This document shows positions 1-9,013 of a DNA stretch of 51,371 bases, piece by piece. The number at the start of each line of letters is the position of its first letter. Positions within the stretch are counted from its first letter, which is position 1. The position numbers and the translations under genes were made by a program. This DNA comes from a virus (taxonomy: Duplodnaviria; Caudoviricetes). Under the pieces are notes generated by a model. It saw only the letters and a list, made by a program, of their open reading frames with translations. It did not search any database and was not told the origin of the DNA. The DNA lies in the IMG/VR virus record IMGVR_UViG_3300032239_000452, positions 1-51,371 of that record; one strand, written 5' to 3'.

Positions 1-20
1 CGCATCAAGGAGTACAAGTA

Positions 21-236
21 ATGAGACACCTGCGCGTACACGGCACTCCTGAGAAGTGGAGCGCCAAACTAGTAGAGGAGTACGACACTGACGACAAGCA
101 CCACAAGCAAGCAATCAGTAACTTGATACAAAACCTAACTGAACTAGCAGTGGTACGCAACTACTACATTGACCCCAATACCATGATGAAACTGTATGAC
201 CAACACATGAGTTACCAAGAAGGAGAACTGAAATGA
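21..236 (+). CDS. hypothetical phage protein
   Basis: 71-aa ORF; AAGGAG upstream; start overlaps the preceding TAA and its stop overlaps the next ATG. Confidence 0.7.
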   Translation: MRHLRVHGTPEKWSAKLVEEYDTDDKHHKQAISNLIQNLTELAVVRNYYIDPNTMMKLYDQHMSYQEGELK

Positions 237-391
237 AAGATATAGATAAAGCCTACACAACGTACGAGTCGCCCGAAGAGGAGTCGCATGACCCTTGGGA
301 GTTCCTTGGGCAACAAGTTAAGGGGTTGATCGCGCTTGCTATTTTTGTAGCAGGGTTATGGATGCTAGTTGCAGCGGTGGTGCTGAAATGA
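233..391 (+). CDS. small membrane protein (52 aa, not in ORF track)
   Basis: Hand translation MKDIDKAY...GLIALAIFVAGLWMLVAAVVLK; AAGGAG RBS; ATGA overlaps at both ends; one hydrophobic helix. Confidence 0.7.
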   Translation: MKDIDKAYTTYESPEEESHDPWEFLGQQVKGLIALAIFVAGLWMLVAAVVLK

Positions 392-624
392 ACATCATTG
401 AACTAGCAAAACAAGCGGGATTTGCAGACTCTGCTGGAGTTGTTCACGCCGCTTATCAACTTGAAGCCTTTGCCGACTTGGTAGCAGCGCATGAGCGTGA
501 TGCCATTATGAAGTCAATAGAAGAACTGCGCCCAGTAGAGGACAACCCCCTACTGCAAAATAAACCCGCTGTTTTTTGGATTGAAAATTTTAGGCAGATC
601 GTTTACGCAAGGGGTGAAGTATGA
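388..624 (+). CDS. hypothetical phage early protein
   Basis: Start moved to ATG 388 (MNIIELAKQAG), which overlaps the upstream stop. Confidence 0.7.
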   Translation: MNIIELAKQAGFADSAGVVHAAYQLEAFADLVAAHERDAIMKSIEELRPVEDNPLLQNKPAVFWIENFRQIVYARGEV

Positions 625-1157
625 CAGGCTACGAATCAAAACGCGCAGCAGCGCAGGCCAAGCTGGCACAACCAGCGCAGGAGCCTGTGGCGTGGCTATG
701 TAAACCTGACGAAAACGGTATGTTTAGTTTACCGACAGCAGACAAAGCTTGCGAAGACTGTTTCCCTGTTTACACCGCCCCACTACAGCGCCCTTGGGTT
801 GGGTTGACGGATGAGGAGCGAGATGCAATTACTAGCAAAGTAGACAGGGCGGTAAACGCCATGACACAGCCAGCGCAAAAGCCTGTGGCGTGGATGAACA
901 ACAAAGATTTTGAACCAATACGAGTACGCATCATGCAAGAAGCATACGAACTTGCAGGTAATGATGCAGAAAGTTATAACGCAATCAAAGTAATGTGCGG
1001 TGATGTTCAAAGGATGTTGCCACCAAAGCGCCCTTGGGTGGGGCTGACGGAGGAGGAAGTAAATAATTTTTTAAATGCTGTCTGGCCCCGTGAAGCTACG
1101 CCAGAGGATTACATCAAAGCCATAGAAGCCAAACTCAAGGAGAAAAATTGTGGATGA
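621..1157 (+). CDS. modular early protein with two QPAQxPVAW...RPWVGLTxEE units
   Basis: Internal repeats visible in protein and DNA; ends AIEAKLKEKN. Confidence 0.75.
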   Translation: MTGYESKRAAAQAKLAQPAQEPVAWLCKPDENGMFSLPTADKACEDCFPVYTAPLQRPWVGLTDEERDAITSKVDRAVNAMTQPAQKPVAWMNNKDFEPIRVRIMQEAYELAGNDAESYNAIKVMCGDVQRMLPPKRPWVGLTEEEVNNFLNAVWPREATPEDYIKAIEAKLKEKNCG

Positions 1158-1359
1158 CGTACACGAAACGATGAAAAAAGAAACGCTAAAGCTGCAAGCA
1201 ATTGCAAAGGAGGCGAAGCTAGAGTTGACGCCCGAGCTGCGTATGTTTGCATGGCTGGTTAAACACCACGCCCTGATTGATTTTTGGGAATCAGCAAAAC
1301 GTCAAGTGGAGTACCAGCAAGATGTATTAGGCAAAGCACTGGAGAAGAACAGTGCATGA
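1150..1359 (+). CDS. hypothetical protein
   Basis: GTG start preceded by AAGGAG at 1137-1142; coupled to neighbours. Confidence 0.65.
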   Translation: MDDVHETMKKETLKLQAIAKEAKLELTPELRMFAWLVKHHALIDFWESAKRQVEYQQDVLGKALEKNSA

Positions 1360-1573
1360 GAAAACCTTTGCTGCGATTAACAAACTCAAAGACATTGAGC
1401 TGGAACTACATCGGTTAAAAAATGCGCTGGAGATGGCAAACAAAGCGCTTGATGCGCAGCGCCCTTGGGTAGGGCTGACGGATGAAGAAGTGCGGCAAAT
1501 GTGTGGAAGTGTGCCAAGCATGAAAGAGGTTGTTCGGGAAGCAGAAGCCAAACTCAAGGAGAAGAACACGTGA
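1352..1573 (+). CDS. modular early protein (coiled coil plus RPWVGLTDEE...KLKEKN module)
   Basis: Shares its C-terminal module with 621..1157; GGAG at 1341. Confidence 0.7.
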   Translation: MHEKTFAAINKLKDIELELHRLKNALEMANKALDAQRPWVGLTDEEVRQMCGSVPSMKEVVREAEAKLKEKNT

Positions 1574-2517
1574 TTTCAATACCCGTGGTGGTACACAACG
1601 ATCACTTTAAGTGGCAGTTGGATTTGTTTTGGACACAGCACAAAAAAGTCTACGAGGATGCTGCTGAGTGGCGAGCGCTTGCGTTAGTCATTGAGCGTAA
1701 CCTGCCGGACGAGAAGCCAGTGCCAACGTTGCAATGGGATATAGATGTGCCGCACTATATGTGCAAGCCGTTCTTTGAGTGCTTTGATTTGGGTTTACCC
1801 TTTGAAGGCGTTCAAGTACCGCTTAACATACAGGCAGCGCTGCACCAATCCATTGCTTTGTTTGACCCCGACGATGTGCTGGAAATCCTTGACGGAGATA
1901 TGCTGCATATGCGTGAGTCACCGACGATGGATATTGGTGACAACGAGCTGTACGTAGACGACGTATACGAAGCATGGCACCTGCATTCGTTGGGGGAGAA
2001 CCGTGACGTGATTGCGCGGTACTTTCAAAACGGCGGCAGGTTCTACAACGGCGGCTTTGTTCCCATCATAGGCAAGGCCAGCACGATAGCGCGTATTCTT
2101 CCTGAGTGGATTGCTGTGCACGTCGACATACTCAGGCTACCCCACGACCCCAAGCTCAAGTGGTGGGCTGGGATGTTTGCGCTGCAAGCAGCGTGTGAAA
2201 AGGCCAAGGTGCGCATGATAGCCAAAGACTTTTGCTACATCCCCGGAGTAAATACTTTGCAGCCATCGCACTACATAGCACACTACTCTGTGGATAAGAA
2301 GTTTGATAAGCGTGCGTACCCCAATGTGGACACCGCATCCTTTGACGACAACCCTTTCTACACGGCGGTGCGGGAATGGTTAGACCAACCCAAGCGTGTT
2401 TGGCATGACCTGACCGAGGAAGAGATAGAGGAAGAGGCGCTGTTCTTTGACGAGTACGATGGGTTTGTCGAAGGCGCGAAATGGGCAGCAACAAAACTTA
2501 AGGAGAAGAACATATGA
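1570..2517 (+). CDS. putative GT-A glycosyltransferase resembling hydroxyproline O-arabinosyltransferase / peptidyl-serine galactosyltransferase (GT95/GT96-like)
   Basis: GTG 1570 after AAGGAG; ordered motifs FKWQ, ILDGDM (DxD), GGFVPII, WWAGMFALQAA, IAHY, FDKR; C-terminal WHDLTEEE...KLKEKN module. Confidence 0.6.
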   Translation: MISIPVVVHNDHFKWQLDLFWTQHKKVYEDAAEWRALALVIERNLPDEKPVPTLQWDIDVPHYMCKPFFECFDLGLPFEGVQVPLNIQAALHQSIALFDPDDVLEILDGDMLHMRESPTMDIGDNELYVDDVYEAWHLHSLGENRDVIARYFQNGGRFYNGGFVPIIGKASTIARILPEWIAVHVDILRLPHDPKLKWWAGMFALQAACEKAKVRMIAKDFCYIPGVNTLQPSHYIAHYSVDKKFDKRAYPNVDTASFDDNPFYTAVREWLDQPKRVWHDLTEEEIEEEALFFDEYDGFVEGAKWAATKLKEKNI

Positions 2518-2762
2518 GCACGCCACCCCAACACCGCATACGGATGTTATTGCAGAAGTACCATGACGGCCTGACCCTGCAAGACATATCCGACTACCTT
2601 AACATGAACTATACCAACGCAGGGCGCAGCCTGCTCAAGATGCCCGATGCCTACATCGACCGCTGGATACCCAAGGTGGGGCGGGGGCCGGGCAAGTGGA
2701 GCGCTGTGTGGTGCGTTATAGTGCCACCAGAGAACTGCCCCAAACCCTTTGGAGATGAGTAA
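2514..2762 (+). CDS. putative winged-HTH DNA-binding protein
   Basis: DGLTLQDISDYLNMNYTNAGRSL helix pattern; RBS at 2500-2505. Confidence 0.55.
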   Translation: MSTPPQHRIRMLLQKYHDGLTLQDISDYLNMNYTNAGRSLLKMPDAYIDRWIPKVGRGPGKWSAVWCVIVPPENCPKPFGDE

Positions 2763-2938
2763 TGAACAAGAAAGACCTACCTAACTTTGCCGCATGGAGC
2801 AACAAGAACCTAGCGGACTTCTGCACCGAGGCGTACATCCGTATGCAGGAGTTGCAGGAGGAGAACGAGCACCTTAAGCTGGACGCCAAGGCTGCGCTCG
2901 AAGCTGCACGTAAAGCAATGATTGAAGGGAGCAAGTGA
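2762..2938 (+). CDS. small coiled-coil protein (58 aa, not in ORF track)
   Basis: Hand translation MNKKDLPNFAAWSNKNLADF...; GGAG upstream; fills the gap between coupled genes. Confidence 0.65.
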   Translation: MNKKDLPNFAAWSNKNLADFCTEAYIRMQELQEENEHLKLDAKAALEAARKAMIEGSK

Positions 2939-2939
2939 T

Positions 2940-3227
2940 ATGGCAACGCCCGAATCCAAAGTAAAAGCAAAGGTGCGAGTCATCCTGACAGACTTGGGGT
3001 ACTACCACTTCATGCCACCGGCTAATGGATTCGGGCGTGTTGGGATACCGGACATCGTGGGATGCCGAACCGATGGCCGCTTCTTTGGCATCGAGTGCAA
3101 GGCAGGCAAGGGCAAGACAACAGCCTTGCAAGATCGTGAGCTTGCACGCATACAAGAAGCCGGGGGCATAGCCCTCGTGATTAACGAAGACAACATAATC
3201 AAACTCAAGGAGTTACTACATGGATGA
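2940..3227 (+). CDS. VRR-NUC domain nuclease (Holliday junction resolvase-like)
   Basis: TPE..VK, GIPDI, FFGIECKA, T.LQ, GG.A.V motifs; start at ATG 2940. Confidence 0.85.
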   Translation: MATPESKVKAKVRVILTDLGYYHFMPPANGFGRVGIPDIVGCRTDGRFFGIECKAGKGKTTALQDRELARIQEAGGIALVINEDNIIKLKELLHG

Positions 3228-3507
3228 AGAACCAATAGACGCACAGCGTCTAAACGAATTGATAGATGGGCTACCCGAGGAAGCCAAGCGTTACCTGCGC
3301 CTATGCATTGAAGGGGTGGTGCGCTGCTTCATGGAAGACTCTACGCAGATTGGGGTACTCATAGTAGCGGACATGCCGACGTTTGGGGTCAACATAATGT
3401 CGATGGGCATAGACGAGGAAGAGACCAACCGCTTGCTTAAAGCCGTCTTAATCAATAAGGCCGCAGACGCAGCCGCGATGAGTGTGCCCAAGGAGAAACT
3501 TAATTGA
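3220..3507 (+). CDS. hypothetical protein
   Basis: 95-aa ORF with AAGGAG RBS, coupled to the polymerase start. Confidence 0.7.
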   Translation: MDEEPIDAQRLNELIDGLPEEAKRYLRLCIEGVVRCFMEDSTQIGVLIVADMPTFGVNIMSMGIDEEETNRLLKAVLINKAADAAAMSVPKEKLN

Positions 3508-5489
3508 GCGCGCCGTATGACCGCATACTGACTGTTGACTTTGAAACTTATTGGAACAGCAAGACATACACGCTGTCCAAGATGACGACCGAGGAGTACA
3601 TACGTGACAAGTCTTTCCGAGCGTTTGGATGCTGCTTCCACGAGTACGGCAGTGGACAACCTACTCAATGGGTTCGAGGAGACGACCTACCTGAGTACCT
3701 ATCTGGCATCGACTGGGGACGAACCGCCGTGCTTGCACATAACGCCCAATTCGATGTATCCATACTCTCGTGGAAGTACGGAGTTACCCCAGCCTTCATC
3801 TTCGACACGCTATCAATGGCGCGAGCTTTACGCGGCGTGGAGGTTGGCAATTCCCTCGCGCGACTCGCAGAATTTTTTGGTCTTCCCGATAAAGGGAAAG
3901 CCGTACATTCGACGGATGGGGTGGGAGAACTGGATCCCGCTTTGGAACGAGAACTTGCAGATTACTGTAAGCATGACGTTTACCTCTGTGAAGAAATCTT
4001 CAAACGCTTAGTTGTTGGATACCCTACATCGGAGCTACGCCTTATCGACATGACGCTGAAGATGTACACCGAGCCGGTGTTGCTGCTGGACAAGCTCATG
4101 CTGGTCAACGCGATTGACGAGGAGCGCGAGATGCGCGAAGCCCTGCTCAAACGACTGAACGTGACGGACGCTGCGCTGGCAAGCAACGGCCAGTTTGCTG
4201 AGCTGCTGCGCACCCTTGGCGTGGAGCCGCCGACCAAGAAGAAAAAGCCCACGGCCAAGACACCCAATCCGGTGGGCGTTAACTTCGCCTTTGCCAAAAC
4301 CGATGCCATGTTCCAAGCTATGCTCAACGGCGACAACGAGGACGTGGCTGCGCTGTGCGAGGCTAGGCTTAAGGTCAAGTCAACGACCGAGCGCACAAGG
4401 GCGCAGAGGTTCTTGGAGATCGCGCAGCGTGGCCCGCTGCCTGTGCCGCTGAGTTACTACGGCGCTCTATCAGGTCGGTGGACGGCCAGCAAGGGAAGTG
4501 CCATTAATATGCAGAACCTCAAGCGGGGGTCGTTCCTTCGCAAGGCCATCATGGCTCCTGACGGGTGTCAGTTAGTGGTGGGGGATTTGTCTCAAATCGA
4601 ACCCCGCGTGCTTGCGTGGCTGGCTGACTACGATGATATGCTTGACATCTTTCGCGCAGGGGGCGACCCCTACGCTGCGTTTGGTTCGCAGATGTTTAAC
4701 ATCCCCGGCATGACCAAGGACACCCATCCTGACTTACGTCAGTCGGCCAAATCTGCTTTGCTGGGCTGCGGCTATGGGCTAGGCTGGGCATCGTTTGCTG
4801 CGCAGCTTATGGTTGGTTTCCTTGGCGCTCCGCCTGTGCGCTACGACAAGGAGTTTGCCCGCAAGCTGGGTGTGGATGGGGCCTACGTGGACAGGTTCCT
4901 TGAGTGGGAGGACAACGTAACCAAGATGTTGGAAATTCCCCACACTTGCACGGACAAGGAGCTGCTGATTCACTGCGTAGCGGCCAAGAAGATCATCGAC
5001 ATTTACCGCAGCACGGCGCATCATGTGGCCTCATTTTGGGATATGTGCAGCGGTTTAATTGACTCGGCGCTTGCCAACGGCAGGGAATTCCGGTATAAAT
5101 GCGTTGTGTTTAGGAAGGGCGAGATTGAGTTGCCCAACGGCATGAAGTTGCTGTATCCTGATCTACGACAGATTAAAGATGACAAGGGTAGGAGCCAGTG
5201 GGTATACGGGCCAGACGCTACCAAACTGTATGCAGGCAAGATAACGAATAACATCGTTCAAGGTGTTGCGCGTATCGTTATGACTGACGGTATGCTTCGC
5301 GTATCAAAGCGGTATCCCATCAAGGGTACTGTGCATGACGAGCTTATTGCCGTTGTGCCTGATGCAGAGGTTGAGGACGCTAAGACTTGGGTCTTGGCGC
5401 AAATGACTATGGAGCCACGGTATATGCCGGGGATTCCGTTGAACGCTGCCGGTGGCGCGCACCGTAGATATGGGTTAGCAAAAGGATAG
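3504..5489 (+). CDS. polA: family A DNA polymerase with 3'-5' exonuclease
   Basis: Exo motifs DFET, HNAQFD, YCKHD; motif A DLSQIEPR; motif B RQSAKSALLGCGYG; motif C VHDE. Confidence 0.95.
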   Translation: MSAPYDRILTVDFETYWNSKTYTLSKMTTEEYIRDKSFRAFGCCFHEYGSGQPTQWVRGDDLPEYLSGIDWGRTAVLAHNAQFDVSILSWKYGVTPAFIFDTLSMARALRGVEVGNSLARLAEFFGLPDKGKAVHSTDGVGELDPALERELADYCKHDVYLCEEIFKRLVVGYPTSELRLIDMTLKMYTEPVLLLDKLMLVNAIDEEREMREALLKRLNVTDAALASNGQFAELLRTLGVEPPTKKKKPTAKTPNPVGVNFAFAKTDAMFQAMLNGDNEDVAALCEARLKVKSTTERTRAQRFLEIAQRGPLPVPLSYYGALSGRWTASKGSAINMQNLKRGSFLRKAIMAPDGCQLVVGDLSQIEPRVLAWLADYDDMLDIFRAGGDPYAAFGSQMFNIPGMTKDTHPDLRQSAKSALLGCGYGLGWASFAAQLMVGFLGAPPVRYDKEFARKLGVDGAYVDRFLEWEDNVTKMLEIPHTCTDKELLIHCVAAKKIIDIYRSTAHHVASFWDMCSGLIDSALANGREFRYKCVVFRKGEIELPNGMKLLYPDLRQIKDDKGRSQWVYGPDATKLYAGKITNNIVQGVARIVMTDGMLRVSKRYPIKGTVHDELIAVVPDAEVEDAKTWVLAQMTMEPRYMPGIPLNAAGGAHRRYGLAKG

Positions 5490-5497
5490 GAGAAGCA

Positions 5498-5809
5498 ATG
5501 GAAGTAAAAACACAGATACCAAGACTGCTACGCATCGGGCGCAGGAAGTATTCGGTTGAAGTCGTCGAGGCCATGATAGAGAAAAACTTCATGGGTAGGG
5601 TCAACTACGACACGAAAAGCATCCACATCGGCAAGCGCAGCAACTTGACTGGCAAGCCGTACACGAAGCGTCAGATCGACAACACGTTTTGGCACGAGGT
5701 CACGCACGCAATTTTGTACGAGATGGATCACAGCCTGTACGCAAACGAGAAGTTTGTCACGGAGTTTTCTAACCGACTGGCAGACGCCATCAATACAGCG
5801 AGGTTCTGA
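5498..5809 (+). CDS. small HExxH zincin-like metallopeptidase domain protein
   Basis: TFWHEVTHAIL followed by NEKFV; AGGAG RBS. Confidence 0.65.
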   Translation: MEVKTQIPRLLRIGRRKYSVEVVEAMIEKNFMGRVNYDTKSIHIGKRSNLTGKPYTKRQIDNTFWHEVTHAILYEMDHSLYANEKFVTEFSNRLADAINTARF

Positions 5810-5810
5810 T

Positions 5811-6047
5811 ATGCGAGGTACAGGTTACTTAAACCCGTTAGGGCTTTTGAAGATGAAGCATGAAACATCTGAAAAGACCGACAGAGCTTTGTATAGTAGA
5901 AACAAACACGTGTGCTGGCAGTGTCAAAAAGGAAAAACAAGACAAAGCGTGAACATAACAATACCGTTTGGTGTTGGTGGTTTACGAAAAGTAATTTGTC
6001 ACGACTGCGCCGCTGCGGCTAAAGAAAAAAAACAGGAATCAGCATGA
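5811..6047 (+). CDS. small Zn-finger protein
   Basis: CWQC...CHDC; start moved to ATG 5811. Confidence 0.55.
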   Translation: MRGTGYLNPLGLLKMKHETSEKTDRALYSRNKHVCWQCQKGKTRQSVNITIPFGVGGLRKVICHDCAAAAKEKKQESA

Positions 6048-6709
6048 AAGTTATATCGTGGAGTCACAGCGCTCTTAAGGACTATGAAGGATGCCCCAAG
6101 CGGTATCAAGAGGTTAAGGTCTTGAAGAACTATCCGTTCACAGAGACCGAGGCCACGCGGTACGGCAACGAGGTACACAAAGCCATTGAGCTGTACATCC
6201 GCGATAACACGCCGATACCCGAAGCCTACGCACAGTTCCAGCCTGTAGTCGATGAGCTACTCAAGAAGCCCGGACGCAAACTAGCCGAGCAACAGATGGC
6301 GCTGACAAAGGAGCTGCAACCGTGTGACTGGCGTGCAAAGGACGTGTGGGTGCGGGGCATAGCTGATATGCTCATCCTCGACGATGACAACCTGACGGCA
6401 TGGGTTGTGGACTGGAAGACCGGCTCGGACAAGTACCCCGACCGTGACCAGCTCAAGCTCATGTCGATCATGGTGTTCGCACACTACCCGCACATCCGCA
6501 AGGTCAACTCAGCGCTTTTGTTTATCGTCAAGGGCAGCATGACCAAGCACAGCATGACCTACGATCAAGCTGATGCGCACTGGTGGGATTACCGTGAACG
6601 CGCTGCACGCATCGAGCAAGCGCATGAGACAGGCGTATGGAACGCCAAGCCTTCGCCGTTATGTCCGTGGTGCCCGGCCACCACTTGTGTACACCATCCT
6701 AAACACTGA
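6044..6709 (+). CDS. PD-(D/E)XK exonuclease (RecB/Cas4-like)
   Basis: WSHS..K.YE.CP, G.EVH, RGIAD, VDWKTG, Q.K.M and C-terminal CPWCP..TC. Confidence 0.88.
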   Translation: MKVISWSHSALKDYEGCPKRYQEVKVLKNYPFTETEATRYGNEVHKAIELYIRDNTPIPEAYAQFQPVVDELLKKPGRKLAEQQMALTKELQPCDWRAKDVWVRGIADMLILDDDNLTAWVVDWKTGSDKYPDRDQLKLMSIMVFAHYPHIRKVNSALLFIVKGSMTKHSMTYDQADAHWWDYRERAARIEQAHETGVWNAKPSPLCPWCPATTCVHHPKH

Positions 6710-6720
6710 AAGGAACTGTG

Positions 6721-6954
6721 ATGGCAACCCGTGACTACAAAAAGGAATACCAACAAGACCTCAAGACCGGCAAGTCCGGGCCGGGGTCTGACCAGCATGA
6801 GCGCCAACGTGCGCGGCGTGCGTATGACAAGAAAGGAGTCGACCGTACCGGCAAAGACATCGACCACATCAAGCCTCTGCGCAAGGGTGGCAAGTCAACA
6901 CCGGGTAACCTGAGACTGCGCAGCCGCAGCGCCAATCAAGGCGACAACAAATAA
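6721..6954 (+). CDS. small HNH-fold nuclease
   Basis: DIDHIKPLRKGG....NLR...RSAN. Confidence 0.7.
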   Translation: MATRDYKKEYQQDLKTGKSGPGSDQHERQRARRAYDKKGVDRTGKDIDHIKPLRKGGKSTPGNLRLRSRSANQGDNK

Positions 6955-6969
6955 TTACATGAGAAGCAA

Positions 6970-8529
6970 ATGCAAATCGTAGAAGATAAAGCCCTACTGT
7001 TTAAGACCCGCAACCCCGACAAGTACAACATCATCCCAAAGCATAAGATCGTCGCTGAATACGAAGATGGCTGCGAGATCGCTGTGTATTGGGGGCTGGA
7101 CGAAGTGCGCGTGCTGCGTAACCTCGGGGTCAAGAACGTCCCATCGCCTATCACAAAGCGCTACAACTGGCCCGGCAAGTACAAGCCTATGGCGCATCAG
7201 ATCGAGACGGCTGCGTTCCTCACGCTGCACCGCAAAGCGTTTGTGTTCTCGGTGCCGGGCACCGGCAAGACGCTCTCGGCGCTGTGGGCTGCTGACTACC
7301 TGATGAGCCTTGGCAAGATTCGCCGTGTGTTGATCTTGTGCCCCTTGTCGATCATGCAGTCTGCGTGGCTAGGCGACTTGAACAACAGCATCATCCATCG
7401 CTCTGCCGTTGTCGCTCACCATGCGCAGGCTAGTCGCCGTATCGAGATGGTGCAGGAGAACTACGAGTTTGTCATCGCCAACTACGATGGGCTGAACCTG
7501 ATTGCCAACGAGATCAATGCCGATGGGCGCTTTGATTTGGTTATCGTCGACGAGGCCAACGCGTACAAGACCATGAGCACACGGCGCTGGAAGTCGCTCA
7601 AGTCCATACTGCGCCCCGAGACAAACCTGTGGATGATGACTGGCACACCTGCTGCGCAATCCCCTGCCGATGCGTATGGGCTGGCCAAGCTGGTCAACCC
7701 CACTGGTGTGCCGCAGTTCTTCACAGGCTGGCGCGACAAGGTTATGTACAAAGCCACGATGTACAAGTGGGTGCCCAAGGCCGGGTCGATTGATATCGTG
7801 CACGAGGCGCTCCAGCCTGCCATCCGCTTTACCAAAGAGCAGTGCCTTGACCTACCGCCAGTGGTGACGATGGTGCGCGATGTGCCGCTCACGCCGCAGC
7901 AAGCCAAGTACTACAACCTGCTCAAAGACAAGATGCTTATTGAGGCTGCGGGCGAGACGATCAGTGCGGTCAACGCCGCTGCTGGCGTGTCCAAGCTGCT
8001 GCAAATTTCGTGCGGTGCAGCCTACACAGATGACAGGGAGGTTGTTGAGTTTGACGCATCGCCTCGGCTGGCTGTGCTGGAGGAGATACTGGAGGAGACC
8101 AGCCGTAAAGTAATCATCTTCGCGCTGTTTCGCAGCACCATCAACACCATCCTCGACTACCTAGGCAAGAAGGCGATAACCGCTGAGTGCATCCACGGCG
8201 ACATCCCGCCGACAAAGCGGGCTGATATCATCCGGCGCTTTCAGCACGAGCCCAACCCCCGCATCTTGGTTATGCAGCCGCAGGCTACCGCCCACGGGAT
8301 TACCCTAACAGCCGCCGACACCGTGGTGTTCTACGGCCCGCTGATGAGCGTGGAGCAGTACATCCAGTGTATTGCCCGCTCTGACCGCAAGGGGCAGGAC
8401 TCGGACAAGGTGACCGTGGTGCACATCCAAGGCTCGCCCATCGAGAAGAAAATGTTCAAAGCGCTTAGCTCTAAAGTCGATGACCACGGGCTATTGACTC
8501 AGCTTTTCGATACAGAAATTAAATCATGA
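6970..8529 (+). CDS. SNF2-family (SF2) helicase
   Basis: HQ Q-motif, GTGKT, LCP, DEA, MTGTP, HGITLT, Q..AR..RKGQ. Confidence 0.92.
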   Translation: MQIVEDKALLFKTRNPDKYNIIPKHKIVAEYEDGCEIAVYWGLDEVRVLRNLGVKNVPSPITKRYNWPGKYKPMAHQIETAAFLTLHRKAFVFSVPGTGKTLSALWAADYLMSLGKIRRVLILCPLSIMQSAWLGDLNNSIIHRSAVVAHHAQASRRIEMVQENYEFVIANYDGLNLIANEINADGRFDLVIVDEANAYKTMSTRRWKSLKSILRPETNLWMMTGTPAAQSPADAYGLAKLVNPTGVPQFFTGWRDKVMYKATMYKWVPKAGSIDIVHEALQPAIRFTKEQCLDLPPVVTMVRDVPLTPQQAKYYNLLKDKMLIEAAGETISAVNAAAGVSKLLQISCGAAYTDDREVVEFDASPRLAVLEEILEETSRKVIIFALFRSTINTILDYLGKKAITAECIHGDIPPTKRADIIRRFQHEPNPRILVMQPQATAHGITLTAADTVVFYGPLMSVEQYIQCIARSDRKGQDSDKVTVVHIQGSPIEKKMFKALSSKVDDHGLLTQLFDTEIKS

Positions 8530-8537
8530 AAGGAGTT

Positions 8538-8579
8538 TTGCCGTCCCAAAAAATAATGTAAACTGTCAACCCTTAGACA
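8538..8579 (+). promoter_or_regulatory. possible promoter with overlapping imperfect palindrome (operator candidate)
   Basis: TTGCCG-15 nt-TAAACT (short spacer), then TGTCAA-CCCT-TAGACA at 8564-8579, in an AT-rich intergenic gap. Confidence 0.4.
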
Positions 8580-8597
8580 AATTAACAGGAGAAGTAG

Positions 8598-8999
8598 ATG
8601 TCAGAAGAAACCATACCGCTAGACAAACTAGCCATGATCTACCGTAAGATTCGGGACAAGATCAGCGAGCTGACCAAGGAGTACGACACGCAGGTGGAGT
8701 CGCTCAAGGCCCAGCAAGATCAGATCAAGTTTGCGATGAAAGATCAAATGAAGGCGCTGGGCATCAAGTCCGTCCGCACCGACATGGGAACCGTCACCCT
8801 AACGACCAAGACCCGCTACGCTACCCAAGATTGGGACTCGTTCAAGGAGTTTGTCCTTGAGCACAGGATGGTTGACCTGCTGGAGAAGCGCATCGCGCAG
8901 ACCAACATGGCGCACTTTCTTGAAGAGAACCCGACCATCGTTCCCCCCGGACTCAACTCAACCACTGAGTACGATATCACTGTAACCAAACCACGTTAA
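8598..8999 (+). CDS. conserved phage replication-module coiled-coil protein
   Basis: AGGAG RBS; coiled coil then SVRT..GT, DWDSF..F, LEKRI, PPGL pattern. Confidence 0.7.
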   Translation: MSEETIPLDKLAMIYRKIRDKISELTKEYDTQVESLKAQQDQIKFAMKDQMKALGIKSVRTDMGTVTLTTKTRYATQDWDSFKEFVLEHRMVDLLEKRIAQTNMAHFLEENPTIVPPGLNSTTEYDITVTKPR

Positions 9000-9013
9000 C
9001 CAAGGAAAATTAA

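Larger units (their letters stand above)
669..2511 (+). repeat. dispersed direct repeats bounding early-gene modules
   Basis: CCAGCGCArrAGCCTGTGGCGTGG within 669-695 and 867-893; AGCGCCCTTGGGTnGGGyTGACGGA near 787, 1027 and 1458 (diverged copy near 2392); AAACTyAAGGAGAArAA near 1131, 1550 and 2494. Confidence 0.85.

Noticed and set aside
6044-6709. Cas4 as evidence of a CRISPR system
   Set aside because: A solo PD-(D/E)XK nuclease in a replication module is normal for phages; no array or other cas genes are present.
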